Notes under the pieces: generated by a model
Seen by the model: the letters and a program-made list of their open reading frames with translations, nothing else
Told to the model about the DNA's origin: nothing
The model's database searches: none
Source of the DNA: Balneolaceae bacterium UBA3186
GTDB lineage: Bacteria; Bacteroidota; Rhodothermia; Balneolales; Balneolaceae
Length of the DNA: 64,000 bases
Direction of reading: 5' to 3'
Assembly: GCA_002364085.1 (NCBI GenBank)
Contig: DEXK01000008.1
Location: 29,786 to 93,785, forward strand
Translations under genes and position numbers: made by a program
In this document: one piece after another, positions 26,988-36,947 of the stretch
Layout of the letters: each line of letters begins with the position of its first letter
Numbering within the stretch: position 1 is the first letter of the stretch

Positions 26988-27668
26988 CTAAAGTTGTTTA
27001 GAGTAAAAGTGAGACATAACCTTTTGACTCACACCCAAATAGTATGAAATTACGATTATCGTAAAAATTAATTGCAACTTCACTACTCCAACTTTCAGGT
27101 ACTTTCTTGAAGAAGTGACTACACAATCATCCATAATTTTAAACTTTCCATACTTCTTTACATCTGATATTATTTTTTGATCTTCCATCACTTTAAGATC
27201 CTCATCGAAGCCTTTTATGCTTTCGAAAACCTCTTTTTTCACAAAAAGACTTTGATCTCCAAATCGGAAAAGGTCAACATCAAACCTAGTAAACCATGCA
27301 TACAGCTTAAGTAAAGAGTGCTCAGGATTAAAAGCTAAACGATAACACCCGGCTATGTATCCTTGATCGATACTTTTTTGTATATCTTCCACAAGAGAAA
27401 TAGGCGGCTCTGAATCTGCATGCAAAAAATACAATACGTCTCCCGAAGATTTTTCTGCCCCAAAATTCATTTGAGAAGCCCTGCCTTTTAAGGGCGAATC
27501 ATAAACCTGCTTACCCAATTCTCTACAGATCTGAGTGGTTTTATCTGTACTTCCCCCATCAATAAAAATCAGCTCAGCGTTCTTTCCTTTAATTGCTCTT
27601 TCTAAAGAATTGATACAACCTTCTATAAATTCTTCCTCATTAAAAACGGGTACTATAATACTTAACAT
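26988..27668 (-). CDS. GT2 glycosyltransferase, TIGR04283 family
   Basis: SIIVPVFNEE, IDGGSTD, GRASQMNFGA, LYFLHADS, FGDQSLFV, GFDEDLKVMED, VTSSRKY. Confidence 0.92.
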   Translation of the reverse strand: MLSIIVPVFNEEEFIEGCINSLERAIKGKNAELIFIDGGSTDKTTQICRELGKQVYDSPLKGRASQMNFGAEKSSGDVLYFLHADSEPPISLVEDIQKSIDQGYIAGCYRLAFNPEHSLLKLYAWFTRFDVDLFRFGDQSLFVKKEVFESIKGFDEDLKVMEDQKIISDVKKYGKFKIMDDCVVTSSRKYLKVGVVKLQLIFTIIVISYYLGVSQKVMSHFYSKQL

Positions 27669-27669
27669 A

Positions 27670-28269
27670 TCAATTTACATTCGCTAAATATTCCTTCCAA
27701 TCTTGTTCAGTATCAATATCATTTAAATACTTTAGTTTTGTTAATTTTATTCCAATATGCTTGGCTTTAGCTTCCGTTTGCTCCATTACTTTTTCTGTAC
27801 TCCAGTCTATCCCCTCCAATACTTCCGGGTTATATGAACTCATACCTATTAAATAATACCCTCCATCTTCTGATGGACCAAAGACTACATCAGAGGTATT
27901 TAGCTCATTGAAAGCCTGCTCCAGCACTTCATTCGTGAGAGTAGGACAATCACTCCCAATCAATACTATTTTCTCACCTCCTGAATCAAACGATTTTTTA
28001 AACGCATCTTTCATTTTCTCTCCTAAATCGCCTTCGATCTGAACTTTTTTCTTAAAATAATTTTCGTCCCAAATATCATTTTCACTCACTTCCCAGGCAT
28101 ACCATACTTCCTTTTCAGCTCTTACTTTTGAAACCTCTTCTTTAGTAATAGCCAATAATCTAAGATACACTCTCAATGCCTCATCCTTTCCAATGGTTTT
28201 TGCCAATCGTGTTTTTACTTTACCTGAAATTGTATTTTTTACGAATACTATAACTTTATTTTTACTCAC
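27670..28269 (-). CDS. TIGR04282/DUF2064-family CofC-like transferase
   Basis: FVKNTISGKVKTRLA, QIEGDLGEKM, IGSDCP, GPSEDGGYYLIG, IDWST, LNDIDT. Confidence 0.92.
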   Translation of the reverse strand: MSKNKVIVFVKNTISGKVKTRLAKTIGKDEALRVYLRLLAITKEEVSKVRAEKEVWYAWEVSENDIWDENYFKKKVQIEGDLGEKMKDAFKKSFDSGGEKIVLIGSDCPTLTNEVLEQAFNELNTSDVVFGPSEDGGYYLIGMSSYNPEVLEGIDWSTEKVMEQTEAKAKHIGIKLTKLKYLNDIDTEQDWKEYLANVN

Positions 28270-28354
28270 TATTGGAAATCATCTTGTTAATAATTGGAAC
28301 TAAAATACGATTTATATCCTTTAACTCTTTGAATACAAACTAACTAACCAAAAA

Positions 28355-28825
28355 ATGAAAACTATTAGAAAATCGTTTCTTTTATCTTTTGCAGTAGCTT
28401 TTTTCGGGCTACTTACAATGAACACCAATGCACAGAGCACTAACGGTGGCAAAACAGGCCTAGGTGTTATGATTGGTGAACCAACTGGAATTACACTCAA
28501 ATCATGGACCAATGAACGAAATGCATTTGATGTAGGCTTAGCGTGGTCTCTTTCAGGTACAGATGATATTTATATCCACGCTGACTATCAATGGCATAAA
28601 CCATTAGAAGTTGATAAAGGTAATCTTTCATTCTTTTATGGCTTAGGTGCTAGAGCCATCTTCTCTAACGATACTTTCTTTGGAGCACGAATACCATTAG
28701 GTCTATCATATTTAGCTCCAGAAGCCCCATTAGAATTTTATCTCGAAGTTGCTCCTGTGATTAACTTGATCCCAGACACAGATGGAGATGCAGATGGTGG
28801 AATTGGTATCAGATATTACTTCTAA
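28355..28825 (+). CDS. Small outer-membrane beta-barrel protein
   Basis: Signal peptide; GLGVMIGEPTGIT, GARIPLGLSY, LEFYLEVAP and terminal GGIGIRYYF. Confidence 0.8.
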   Translation: MKTIRKSFLLSFAVAFFGLLTMNTNAQSTNGGKTGLGVMIGEPTGITLKSWTNERNAFDVGLAWSLSGTDDIYIHADYQWHKPLEVDKGNLSFFYGLGARAIFSNDTFFGARIPLGLSYLAPEAPLEFYLEVAPVINLIPDTDGDADGGIGIRYYF

Positions 28826-28843
28826 GTGAACAAAGTATAGATA

Positions 28844-29707
28844 TTAGTTGGGCAGGTAAATTTCCTGCCCTTCTTGTATCACTGTAGCTTCCACATATGA
28901 ACTTCCCTTGATGCTGGCTATTTTCGAGTTTATCCTGTCTAAAGCATCATCACTATGATCAGGGTCATGGTGAGATAAACACAACCTTTTTATTCCAAGA
29001 TCTTTTGTCAGTTCGATAACAGTTTCCCAATTCGAATGTCCCCACCCTAATCTTTCTTCATGTTGTTCTTTTGTAAATTGAGCGTCATGAATTAACACAT
29101 CCGCTCCTTTAACAAAATTTTGAAAGGTCTCTACAAATGCTTTGTTATCCGAATCAATTTCAATTGGTAATTCGTTGTCTGGAGCAAAAACAATTACCCT
29201 ACCTTCTATATTGAATTTATAGATAGCAGTAGGCACTGTATGATTAGCCCATATATATTCAACTGAGTAATTCTTAAAGCTAAGTTTTCCAATTTCGAAA
29301 GTAATACAATCCAGCTCTGACTCAAGCATATCAATGGAAACAGGGAAAAAAGTATTAGACAAATGCCCTTGCAAAATCTCTTTACAACCTATCCCATCCT
29401 GAGGAGGCATATAAACTTTAAATCGATTTTTAGAATCATAAAAAGGCTTAAAAAAAGGAAATCCCTGAAGGTGGTCCCAATGAGGATGTGTAATAAAAAC
29501 CTTCCCGGTTAGACTTTTTCCTTTTGAATCGAGCTCGTTTCCGAGGTTTCTAAATCCGGTACCACAATCAGCAATTAAAAACTCATCCATTCCTGGAATA
29601 GTTATCTGAATACAAGAGGTGTTACCACCATATCTCATATTCTCAGGGTTAGCACATGGCGTTGAACCTCGAACTCCCCATAGTTTTATTTTGATGTTGT
29701 TTTCCAA
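28844..29707 (-). CDS. MBL-fold metallo-hydrolase (phosphodiesterase-like subgroup)
   Basis: WGVRGSTP, YGGNTSC, DCGTG, THPHWDH (HxHxDH), HDAQF, GWGHS, HHDP. Confidence 0.92.
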   Translation of the reverse strand: MENNIKIKLWGVRGSTPCANPENMRYGGNTSCIQITIPGMDEFLIADCGTGFRNLGNELDSKGKSLTGKVFITHPHWDHLQGFPFFKPFYDSKNRFKVYMPPQDGIGCKEILQGHLSNTFFPVSIDMLESELDCITFEIGKLSFKNYSVEYIWANHTVPTAIYKFNIEGRVIVFAPDNELPIEIDSDNKAFVETFQNFVKGADVLIHDAQFTKEQHEERLGWGHSNWETVIELTKDLGIKRLCLSHHDPDHSDDALDRINSKIASIKGSSYVEATVIQEGQEIYLPN

Positions 29708-29777
29708 ATATCGTCACAATCTTAAATGTAATAATAGGTAAAAACCACTATCACATTCAAATAATATTAATTAATGA

Positions 29778-31805
29778 TTATTCCTCTTCATCAGAACTCA
29801 TCAACTCTTTTAGAGCACGATTGATTTCAGACATTCTCTTCTTTTTTGTCTCAAGCTTTTCACCAACTTTATCTATTTTTTCTTGCAACTCATCTCTAAG
29901 CTTGTTGCCTTTATTGGTTGGCTTAAAATATGTTTTAGCTTCTTCATACTGAATACTTTCAGATTCCAGCTTCGAAACATCTTTCTTAATATCGCTCTTT
30001 TCTTTCCTAAGCTTGATAACCTTTTTTCTGTCGGCTGGCTCCACTCCTTCTGAAGCCAACTCCCTCTCCATTCCCAGATCAGAACCACTGGCTCTAAATC
30101 TTTCATAGATCACATCACAGGCTTCGCGATATTGCTTCCAAATTTTATTTTTCGACTTTATTGGAACATATCCTGCATTCTTGAACTCTTCCTGTAGTTT
30201 TTTGGCTTCCTCAACTGCTTTTACAGGATCTTCATGAGTTTTTAGTTCTTTAAGCTTATCTAAAATATTCTTTTTCTTTTCGAGATTTTCTTTCTCTTCG
30301 CCACGACGGTCTTTAAAATGATCCCTGCGTCGCTCATAGAATACATCCATTGCTGCTTTAAACTTCTTCCAAATCTTAGTTGATTTCTTTCTCTGAACAG
30401 GTCCTATTTTTTTCCATTCATCCATCAACTTTTGCATAGCTTGATGGCCTTTATCAAAATCTTCAGTATCCTGAGTTGCCTGAGCCAGCTCTATTAATTC
30501 AAGCTTTTTGGCATAATTCTTTTCTTCCTGTTCACGAAGAACATCGATGTTCTCTGACTTTTTCTCATTGAATGCATCTGTTGCAGCTTTAAATCTGTCC
30601 CACAATTCATTTTCATCCTTTTGCGGAAGATTTCCTGTTTTTTTCCAGGCGTTATGAAGTTTATTAACCTTACGAGCTGCTTGAGCAATGTTTTCATTAT
30701 CCACTAATGCTTCGGCTTCTGCAATTAGTTTCTTCTTCTTTTTCAGAGATTTTTCAACTTTCTCTCTGTACTCTTTATCATTCTTAAATCTTAGTGAGTT
30801 GAAAGCATCTTCAGCAGCATTGAAACGATCCCAAACCATTTGATTCTTTTCGTTTGGAACCCTTCCTATCTTTTTCCATTGGTTATGTAAATCGTCGTAC
30901 TCTTTGATTAATGTCTTAAAATCTGCTTTAGGATCATCGCTTCTTACATTTAATGCATCCATCTTATCAAGCAGCAACAACTTTAGAGTAAGATTGTCTT
31001 CTTCTTTCTCAAGCTTTTTTACCAAACGGTCTACTTTGTGGCTATCGAATTCTTTCATGAATGACTCAAAACGTTCATTCAGTGCATCGATCTCATCTCT
31101 TGGTATTTGAGTAATTCTATCCCAATTATTTTTTATTTGAGAAACCTCTTTGGTTGCTGTCCACTTTTCTTCGTTAATGATATCAGCAAACTGCTTTAGA
31201 AGCTCTTTCTTTTTCTTAAGATTTTCTTCTCTCTTTCTGTTCAACTCCTCATAATGAGCTTTTTTTCGCTCTTCAAAATCTGCCTTAAGCTCTTCAAATT
31301 CACTTAAGAGTTTTTTTGATTCTTCATCAGGCTCAGGTCCTTCACCAATATGTAATGAAAGATTAGAAAATTCATTAGATATAAGCCCCCAATCTTTTGT
31401 CTCCAATACTTCTTTGATCTTATTTAAGATCTTCTCGTAATACTGATTTGGACTTACTTCTTCCGTTGACTCTGAAGAATCGCTTGCTTCTTCACCTTCT
31501 TTTTCCTCAGAATCCGAAACATTTTCGTTCTCAGATGTAGACTCATTAGCCGCTTCTTCTGTACTATTTTGTTCCTCTACACTTTCAACTTCTAAGGATG
31601 AAGTTTCAGCATTAGACTCTTCTTCTGCTGAAACTGCTTCTTCAACTTTATTCTCCTTATCTAAATCAGGAGTTTCTTGAGCTATTGTTTCAGCAGCCTC
31701 TTCATTGGTTACTTCCTGATCATTTAAAGATTCAGTCTTTTCGTTTTCTGTATTTTTATCTTGCTCCAGGTTCATAATAGCAACCTTCCTTTCCACTTGG
31801 TTCAT
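29778..31805 (-). CDS. DUF349 domain-containing protein
   Basis: Acidic low-complexity N-terminus; repeated L...WK..G.VP......W.RF...D.F units. Confidence 0.9.
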   Translation of the reverse strand: MNQVERKVAIMNLEQDKNTENEKTESLNDQEVTNEEAAETIAQETPDLDKENKVEEAVSAEEESNAETSSLEVESVEEQNSTEEAANESTSENENVSDSEEKEGEEASDSSESTEEVSPNQYYEKILNKIKEVLETKDWGLISNEFSNLSLHIGEGPEPDEESKKLLSEFEELKADFEERKKAHYEELNRKREENLKKKKELLKQFADIINEEKWTATKEVSQIKNNWDRITQIPRDEIDALNERFESFMKEFDSHKVDRLVKKLEKEEDNLTLKLLLLDKMDALNVRSDDPKADFKTLIKEYDDLHNQWKKIGRVPNEKNQMVWDRFNAAEDAFNSLRFKNDKEYREKVEKSLKKKKKLIAEAEALVDNENIAQAARKVNKLHNAWKKTGNLPQKDENELWDRFKAATDAFNEKKSENIDVLREQEEKNYAKKLELIELAQATQDTEDFDKGHQAMQKLMDEWKKIGPVQRKKSTKIWKKFKAAMDVFYERRRDHFKDRRGEEKENLEKKKNILDKLKELKTHEDPVKAVEEAKKLQEEFKNAGYVPIKSKNKIWKQYREACDVIYERFRASGSDLGMERELASEGVEPADRKKVIKLRKEKSDIKKDVSKLESESIQYEEAKTYFKPTNKGNKLRDELQEKIDKVGEKLETKKKRMSEINRALKELMSSDEEE

Positions 31806-31890
31806 TGATTCGGCACATGCCTTCTTTATATATATAAGTTGAGTAAGATAGTATTTATTAACTTTTTTTTATAATCAGTTTTCTTGACAT

Positions 31891-31918
31891 AAAAAAAGCC
31901 GATTTAAAAACCGGCTTT
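31891..31918 (-). terminator. Terminator of mscS
   Basis: AAAGCCG/CGGCTTT stem; A7 on the left gives a U-tract on the minus strand. Confidence 0.75.
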
Positions 31919-31940
31919 AGATTTAGGATTCAAAAATTAA

Positions 31941-32759
31941 TTAATCAACTTTATATAAATGCACGTCTCTTTGAGGGAACGGTATTTCAATGCCTTCTTT
32001 ATCTAATTCTTCTTTGATCTTTTCTAGATTTTCCCAAAAAAACGGCCAATAATCAGAGTTCTTTGTCCACGCTCTCGCAGAAAGATTCAGTGAGCTATCG
32101 GCAAGTTCTGTGAGTAATACAACAGGAGCGGGTTCTTTCAGCAATCTCTCATCTGAATTCAAGACCCTGAGAATAGCTTCTCTTGCTTTTTTAATATCTG
32201 AGCCATAACTGATACCAACAGAAAAACGAGCCTGTCTTGTCTCTTTATTGGAATAATTGATAACAGGGGAGTTTGCCAGTTGACCGTTTGGAACCACAAC
32301 AGTCTGATTTTGAGGAGTATTAAGTATAGTATGCAAAATATCAATTTTTTCAACCGTACCTGATTCTGAGCCTCGTTCTATAAAATCCCCAACTTTGAAT
32401 GGTTTAAAAAACAAAATCAAAACTCCTCCGGCAAAATTGGATAAACTTCCCTGAAGAGCCAAACCAACCGCTAAACCTGCAGCACCAAGTATGGCAATAA
32501 AAGAAGTCATTTCTATTCCCAACATTCCAAGTGCAGTAATATATACCATCACCTTAAGTATCATCGAGATTAAACCTCTCAAAAATCCTTGTAACGAAGG
32601 ATCGACATTACTTTTATTGAATACTCTTTTTATTCCACTACTAATTAATTTTACTGCCCACAATCCTATAACCAGTACAGCAATTGCTTTTAAGACATTT
32701 GGCGCATAAGTAAGTACAAAATCCAGCAACATTTCTGAGTCTATTTCAAAGTTTTCCAT
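31941..32759 (-). CDS. mscS: Small-conductance mechanosensitive channel MscS
   Basis: LGAAGLAVGLALQGSLSNFAGG, KPFKVGD, VVPNG, IEIPFPQRDVH. Confidence 0.96.
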   Translation of the reverse strand: MENFEIDSEMLLDFVLTYAPNVLKAIAVLVIGLWAVKLISSGIKRVFNKSNVDPSLQGFLRGLISMILKVMVYITALGMLGIEMTSFIAILGAAGLAVGLALQGSLSNFAGGVLILFFKPFKVGDFIERGSESGTVEKIDILHTILNTPQNQTVVVPNGQLANSPVINYSNKETRQARFSVGISYGSDIKKAREAILRVLNSDERLLKEPAPVVLLTELADSSLNLSARAWTKNSDYWPFFWENLEKIKEELDKEGIEIPFPQRDVHLYKVD

Positions 32760-32841
32760 ATTCTTTTCTGTAGTTAATTCCTTTATTCAATGTAATACAT
32801 TAAAATATCCCTGATGATTCCGAACTGCAACAAAAGGGCAT

Positions 32842-32871
32842 AAAAAAAGGAAGCCGATTTTGGCTTCCTTT
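32842..32871 (-). terminator. Terminator of csbD-like gene
   Basis: AAAGGAAGCC/GGCTTCCTTT stem with A-run on the left. Confidence 0.85.
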
Positions 32872-32893
32872 AGAGTATGAGATCAAAACTTCT

Positions 32894-33079
32894 TTATAAT
32901 GAAGCAATCATTTCTTTAATTTCATCTTTGGTTTTTCCAAGCTTTTCTTGAAGTCTTCCATACATCTCATCTTCTTTCCCTTCCTGAAATGTTAGATCAT
33001 CATCTGTAAGGTTAGAATATTTTTGCTTTAGCTTTCCCTTTACTTGGTTCCAGTTTCCTTCGATAGTTAAGTTATTCAT
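32894..33079 (-). CDS. CsbD family stress protein
   Basis: IEGNWNQVKGKLKQKYSNLTDDDL...EGKEDEMYGRLQEKLGKTK. Confidence 0.93.
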   Translation of the reverse strand: MNNLTIEGNWNQVKGKLKQKYSNLTDDDLTFQEGKEDEMYGRLQEKLGKTKDEIKEMIASL

Positions 33080-33162
33080 AATAATAAACTTTTATTATCC
33101 TTTCTGTTTACTATTATAACTGCCTTTTGCAAGAAATTGTTCCAAATTAATTCAGAAAAGCC

Positions 33163-33510
33163 TCAATCTAAATCGTACACTTCTTTTAAAATAGCTTTAG
33201 CATTAGCGTCTTTACCCTGCATTGCACGATGTTGCAAATTTGTTATAATTTCAGGAGTAGCGCGCTCATATGCTTCTTCTTTTGCATCTTTTTCATTCGG
33301 CATTCTGATAAGGTCATAGATATCATCTGCGCGAACAACACTATAAATATTATCTTTATTAAAAGCGTGCGATCTTTTCTCTTCATACTCTTTAAAAACC
33401 CTAGAGAAATCCGCGCTGTCTTCAGCTCTGGTTATGATCTCAACATCATCAGCACCTTCAGCGCTTAGTGGGGTTTTACATAGAAAAAAATAGTTTTGCT
33501 GAAAATTCAT
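33163..33510 (-). CDS. Hypothetical soluble protein (115 aa)
   Basis: Fills the gap between sixA and csbD on the same strand, with normal protein-like composition; no motif recognised. Confidence 0.75.
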   Translation of the reverse strand: MNFQQNYFFLCKTPLSAEGADDVEIITRAEDSADFSRVFKEYEEKRSHAFNKDNIYSVVRADDIYDLIRMPNEKDAKEEAYERATPEIITNLQHRAMQGKDANAKAILKEVYDLD

Positions 33511-33597
33511 TCTTTAATAATTCTTGAATTGTAGATTGGTTTTCGTTTTTGAATATAAACAAAGTGCGTATAAATGTTTAGCAAGTTCGTGCCAATA

Positions 33598-34107
33598 TCA
33601 GATTTCTTTCAGCACCTTGGGGATCATCATCCATTCAAGCTCACAACCTCCCCATTGTACTTGATCCCAGCTAGCTGCATATGAATTAACGCATACTAAA
33701 GCAGCAGTGGGCATGCGAATACCTGAAGACCGTTCAGACCCAATCAACGCTCCGGCCGTATCTTCCATTTTCGGATTGTGTCCGACAATCATTACTCGTT
33801 CTACATCACCATCAGCTGATTGTATAGCTTTCAAATAGTCTCTCACACTTCCATAATACAAGTCACTATTCCAAGTAATAATACTTTCATTTTCTTTCAT
33901 TCCTTCTACAGCAAGCTGAGAAGTTTCTCTTGCCCTCTGTGCTGTTGATGAAATAACCAAATCAGGCGCTCTTCCTATCTTTCTCAGAAACTTCCCCATT
34001 CTTGGGGCATCTTTTAACCCTCTTTTGGCTAACGGCCTGTCAAAATCATCTAAACCCGGGTGATCCCAACTCGATTTTGCATGCCTAAGTAATAGTATCT
34101 GTTTCAT
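33598..34107 (-). CDS. sixA: SixA-family histidine phosphatase
   Basis: LLRHAKS (RHG-type motif), DFDRPLAKRG, SSTAQRARET, VGHNP. Confidence 0.92.
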   Translation of the reverse strand: MKQILLLRHAKSSWDHPGLDDFDRPLAKRGLKDAPRMGKFLRKIGRAPDLVISSTAQRARETSQLAVEGMKENESIITWNSDLYYGSVRDYLKAIQSADGDVERVMIVGHNPKMEDTAGALIGSERSSGIRMPTAALVCVNSYAASWDQVQWGGCELEWMMIPKVLKEI

Positions 34108-34111
34108 GAGC

Positions 34112-35422
34112 TCATTGTTTATGTTGAAATTTTAAGAACAGCTCTTTTTTTGCAAATAATGTCAACGTAACCCCTCTTATAACCATAAAAGAAGTCATTG
34201 CGATCCATAGTGCATGGTTACCTGCAAATGGCTTTACTAAATAATATACTGGAACAAAGAATATAATTGTAGCAATCAACATTGAATTCCTCATTGCAGC
34301 CGTTGAAGTTGCTCCGATGTATACTCCATCCCAAATAAAACATATGCTATTGATCAATGGAGCTATAATTAACCAAATGGCTACTATCATAGCTGTTTCA
34401 ATGACCAAAGGTTTATCTGTGAAAATGGATAACAACTCGCGATCAAATAAGGCATAAAACAATGTCCCCACAACACCGAATCCCAACCCCCATGCCATAC
34501 ATGTCCAGATAGCTTTCCTCATTTTTTTGAAATCCATAGCTCCCACATACTTACCCACCAAGCTTTCTGCGGCATATGCAAATCCATCAACTGCATAAGC
34601 ACTTATATACCACAGCTGAAGTAATATCGTATTTGCAGCCAACCAAACATCTCCCATTTCAGCTGATGATGCGGTGAAAAAGCCGTATGAAAAAATCAGA
34701 CATAAGGTTCTGATGAAAATATCTCTATTTACGCTGAAGAACTTTTTCAATTCCTCTAGTTCAATAAGATCGCTCCAGGATACGTTAAGTTTTACTTTAT
34801 TATATGTACTCAGGTATAGGATTACCGCCAGAACAACTGCTAGATAACTGGAAAGCAGGCTTCCCCACGCAACTCCATCAACATTCATTCCAAAATAGAA
34901 TACAAAGGTCAGGTTTAATATTATATTCAGAATGTTGAGAAATATGGTTACAACCATTGGATATCGTGCATTTTGCATACCCAGAAACCAACCGTTTATA
35001 GCAAAAAGACTTAAAGTAGCAGGTGCCGAAAACACTCTGATCTTATAGTAAATACGAGTGTACTGTTCAACTTCAGGACTGGCATCTATAACCCATAAAG
35101 AAAATTCAATTAATGGATACTGCAACAGCAGTATAGCTACCGATCCTGCCAATGCTACCAAAAGTACTCTTATCAGAATTACTTTGGTCCTGTGAATGTT
35201 ATTAGCTCCGTATGCTTGTGCAACCAAACCCGTAGTGCCCATTCTCAGAAATCCGAATCCCCAAAAAATAAAATCAAAAATAATACTCCCTACAGCTATA
35301 GCTCCTAAATAGTATACATGCTCTAAATGCCCGATAACTGCCGTATCAACTGCTCCAAGTAATGGTACTGAAATATTACTGATAATATTGGGTATGGCTA
35401 ATTGAAGTACTCTTTTATTCAA
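34112..35422 (-). CDS. MATE family efflux transporter (DinF-like)
   Basis: LAIPNIISNISVPLLGAVDTAVIGH, FGFLRMGTTGL, LRTL-type second repeat, VDGFAYAAE, about 12 TM helices. Confidence 0.95.
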   Translation of the reverse strand: MNKRVLQLAIPNIISNISVPLLGAVDTAVIGHLEHVYYLGAIAVGSIIFDFIFWGFGFLRMGTTGLVAQAYGANNIHRTKVILIRVLLVALAGSVAILLLQYPLIEFSLWVIDASPEVEQYTRIYYKIRVFSAPATLSLFAINGWFLGMQNARYPMVVTIFLNILNIILNLTFVFYFGMNVDGVAWGSLLSSYLAVVLAVILYLSTYNKVKLNVSWSDLIELEELKKFFSVNRDIFIRTLCLIFSYGFFTASSAEMGDVWLAANTILLQLWYISAYAVDGFAYAAESLVGKYVGAMDFKKMRKAIWTCMAWGLGFGVVGTLFYALFDRELLSIFTDKPLVIETAMIVAIWLIIAPLINSICFIWDGVYIGATSTAAMRNSMLIATIIFFVPVYYLVKPFAGNHALWIAMTSFMVIRGVTLTLFAKKELFLKFQHKQ

Positions 35423-35513
35423 ACCAATTTTGTTTATTTATGTAATAAAATCACCCTTAGGGTACGTCAGGCTTAACTTAATTACAGATTTATTTTTACA
35501 TCGCTTCCAACGG

Positions 35514-35544
35514 TTGCATATATATGGGTGCGAATGTATTTTTA
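35514..35544 (+). promoter_or_regulatory. Candidate promoter of the 158aa-DUF3822-rsmD-coaD cluster
   Basis: TTG (35514-35516), 20 nt, TATTTTTA (35537-35544); same geometry as the tRNA promoters. Confidence 0.45.
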
Positions 35545-35593
35545 CCCACTCAAAGTTCCAAAATTCTTTACAATTAACTGACTTTTATTTCAA

Positions 35594-36070
35594 ATGAATA
35601 TTGATACACGCAATAAAGTTTTAAGCATCGTTTTAGGGATCGTAATTCTAGCTCTTTCTTGGTTACTGTACGATTCTATAGTTACTCCATACCAAGAGGT
35701 ACTTGAGCGTCAAGCTATGACTGAGCGTGTCCGCTATCATATGAGTACGATAAAGGATGTGCTTATTCAGTATGATGTTCGATATGGTAAGTATCCCCCG
35801 GCTGAAGGCGGTTTAGATTCTGTAGTTCAATTTGTTGAAAGTGATTCTGCTATGATCTCTCTTTCTGATAGTCTTTTATCATATCAAGGGGAGCCATTTC
35901 CTGCAGGACAGCTGATTTATTCGCCCAGAGACCAACAGCGTTTCATCTATTCTGTAAATGATACCATTCGTCCACCACTGTATTTACTTCAAGATCCGAG
36001 TGAAGATTACAATGATGAAATAGGTAGTTTATCAAGAACCACAATGAGAAACGCTCCTAGCTGGAATTAA
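35594..36070 (+). CDS. Single-TM hypothetical protein with GspG/pseudopilin-like segment
   Basis: N-terminal TM helix, long amphipathic helix, then QYDVRYGKYPPAEGGLDSVV. Confidence 0.7.
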   Translation: MNIDTRNKVLSIVLGIVILALSWLLYDSIVTPYQEVLERQAMTERVRYHMSTIKDVLIQYDVRYGKYPPAEGGLDSVVQFVESDSAMISLSDSLLSYQGEPFPAGQLIYSPRDQQRFIYSVNDTIRPPLYLLQDPSEDYNDEIGSLSRTTMRNAPSWN

Positions 36071-36930
36071 TGAGCGAATCCACCTCAAACTTGGGTGTTT
36101 GTTTTTTTGCTGATCGTCTTTTTTATGCACTCAACGATCCGCAGAACAGCAAGCACCTTTTTCGTATTGGGTCGTTTGATTTTAACTTTAATGTAAATCA
36201 AGCAATAACTACCCAGAACGAAAAGCATTTCCCTCTTTTACAAAAAACCTTTGACCGAATCTTTGAGGAACATAGCATCCAATCTGTACGGGCGTTAACA
36301 CATCCGGGAGAAGAATGCTGGACAGCTCTCCCAAAAGTTGTTTATGATAATGCCGACGAACGTGAAGATCACCTCTCTATTTTAATGAAAGGAATTGATC
36401 GTAAAGAGGTCGAACCAACGTGGCATACACTAAGCAAATCAGCTTTTAAATTTCTTTGTTTACGTAGAAGAACCGTTATGCAAGGGTTTAATGACCTTAC
36501 AGAAAAAATAGCTGTCACTGAATTTGCCAGTGACTTTGAGATCGCTCAGAAATGGTCTTCGTTTCAAAAACCAGGTGGTTCTTTTATGATGATTGGTTGC
36601 CACAAAAATGTACTTACAATTACTTCTTTTTTGCTGGGCAAGTTTCGAGCAGCTACCTACTTTCAGTTTGATCAAATTACAGACGCGCCTTACCATTGGT
36701 TACAACAAGCTTCTAATTCTTCATGGATGAATGGATTACACGAAAATATTTTCCTTTTTGGACACCATACTCATGAAACGGAACAAGCACTTCAAGGATT
36801 TTGGGATCCATCTTCAGAAATCACACATTTAAATTCATTACAAACCATTGGCGTTGAAGCAGAAGAAGAAACCTACGGATTTGATCTGGCGGCAGCTTTT
36901 CCGGCAATTCTGTTAAGTCTGGATTTTTAA
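36070..36930 (+). CDS. DUF3822-like protein (actin-like fold), tentative
   Basis: Position upstream of rsmD, size, and pattern similarity judged by eye (LGVCFFADRLFY, WTALPKVVYD, NIFLFG) to Bacteroidota DUF3822; TAATG overlap with the upstream gene. Confidence 0.55.
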   Translation: MSESTSNLGVCFFADRLFYALNDPQNSKHLFRIGSFDFNFNVNQAITTQNEKHFPLLQKTFDRIFEEHSIQSVRALTHPGEECWTALPKVVYDNADEREDHLSILMKGIDRKEVEPTWHTLSKSAFKFLCLRRRTVMQGFNDLTEKIAVTEFASDFEIAQKWSSFQKPGGSFMMIGCHKNVLTITSFLLGKFRAATYFQFDQITDAPYHWLQQASNSSWMNGLHENIFLFGHHTHETEQALQGFWDPSSEITHLNSLQTIGVEAEEETYGFDLAAAFPAILLSLDF

Positions 36931-36947
36931 GCTTACTACACCCAAAT

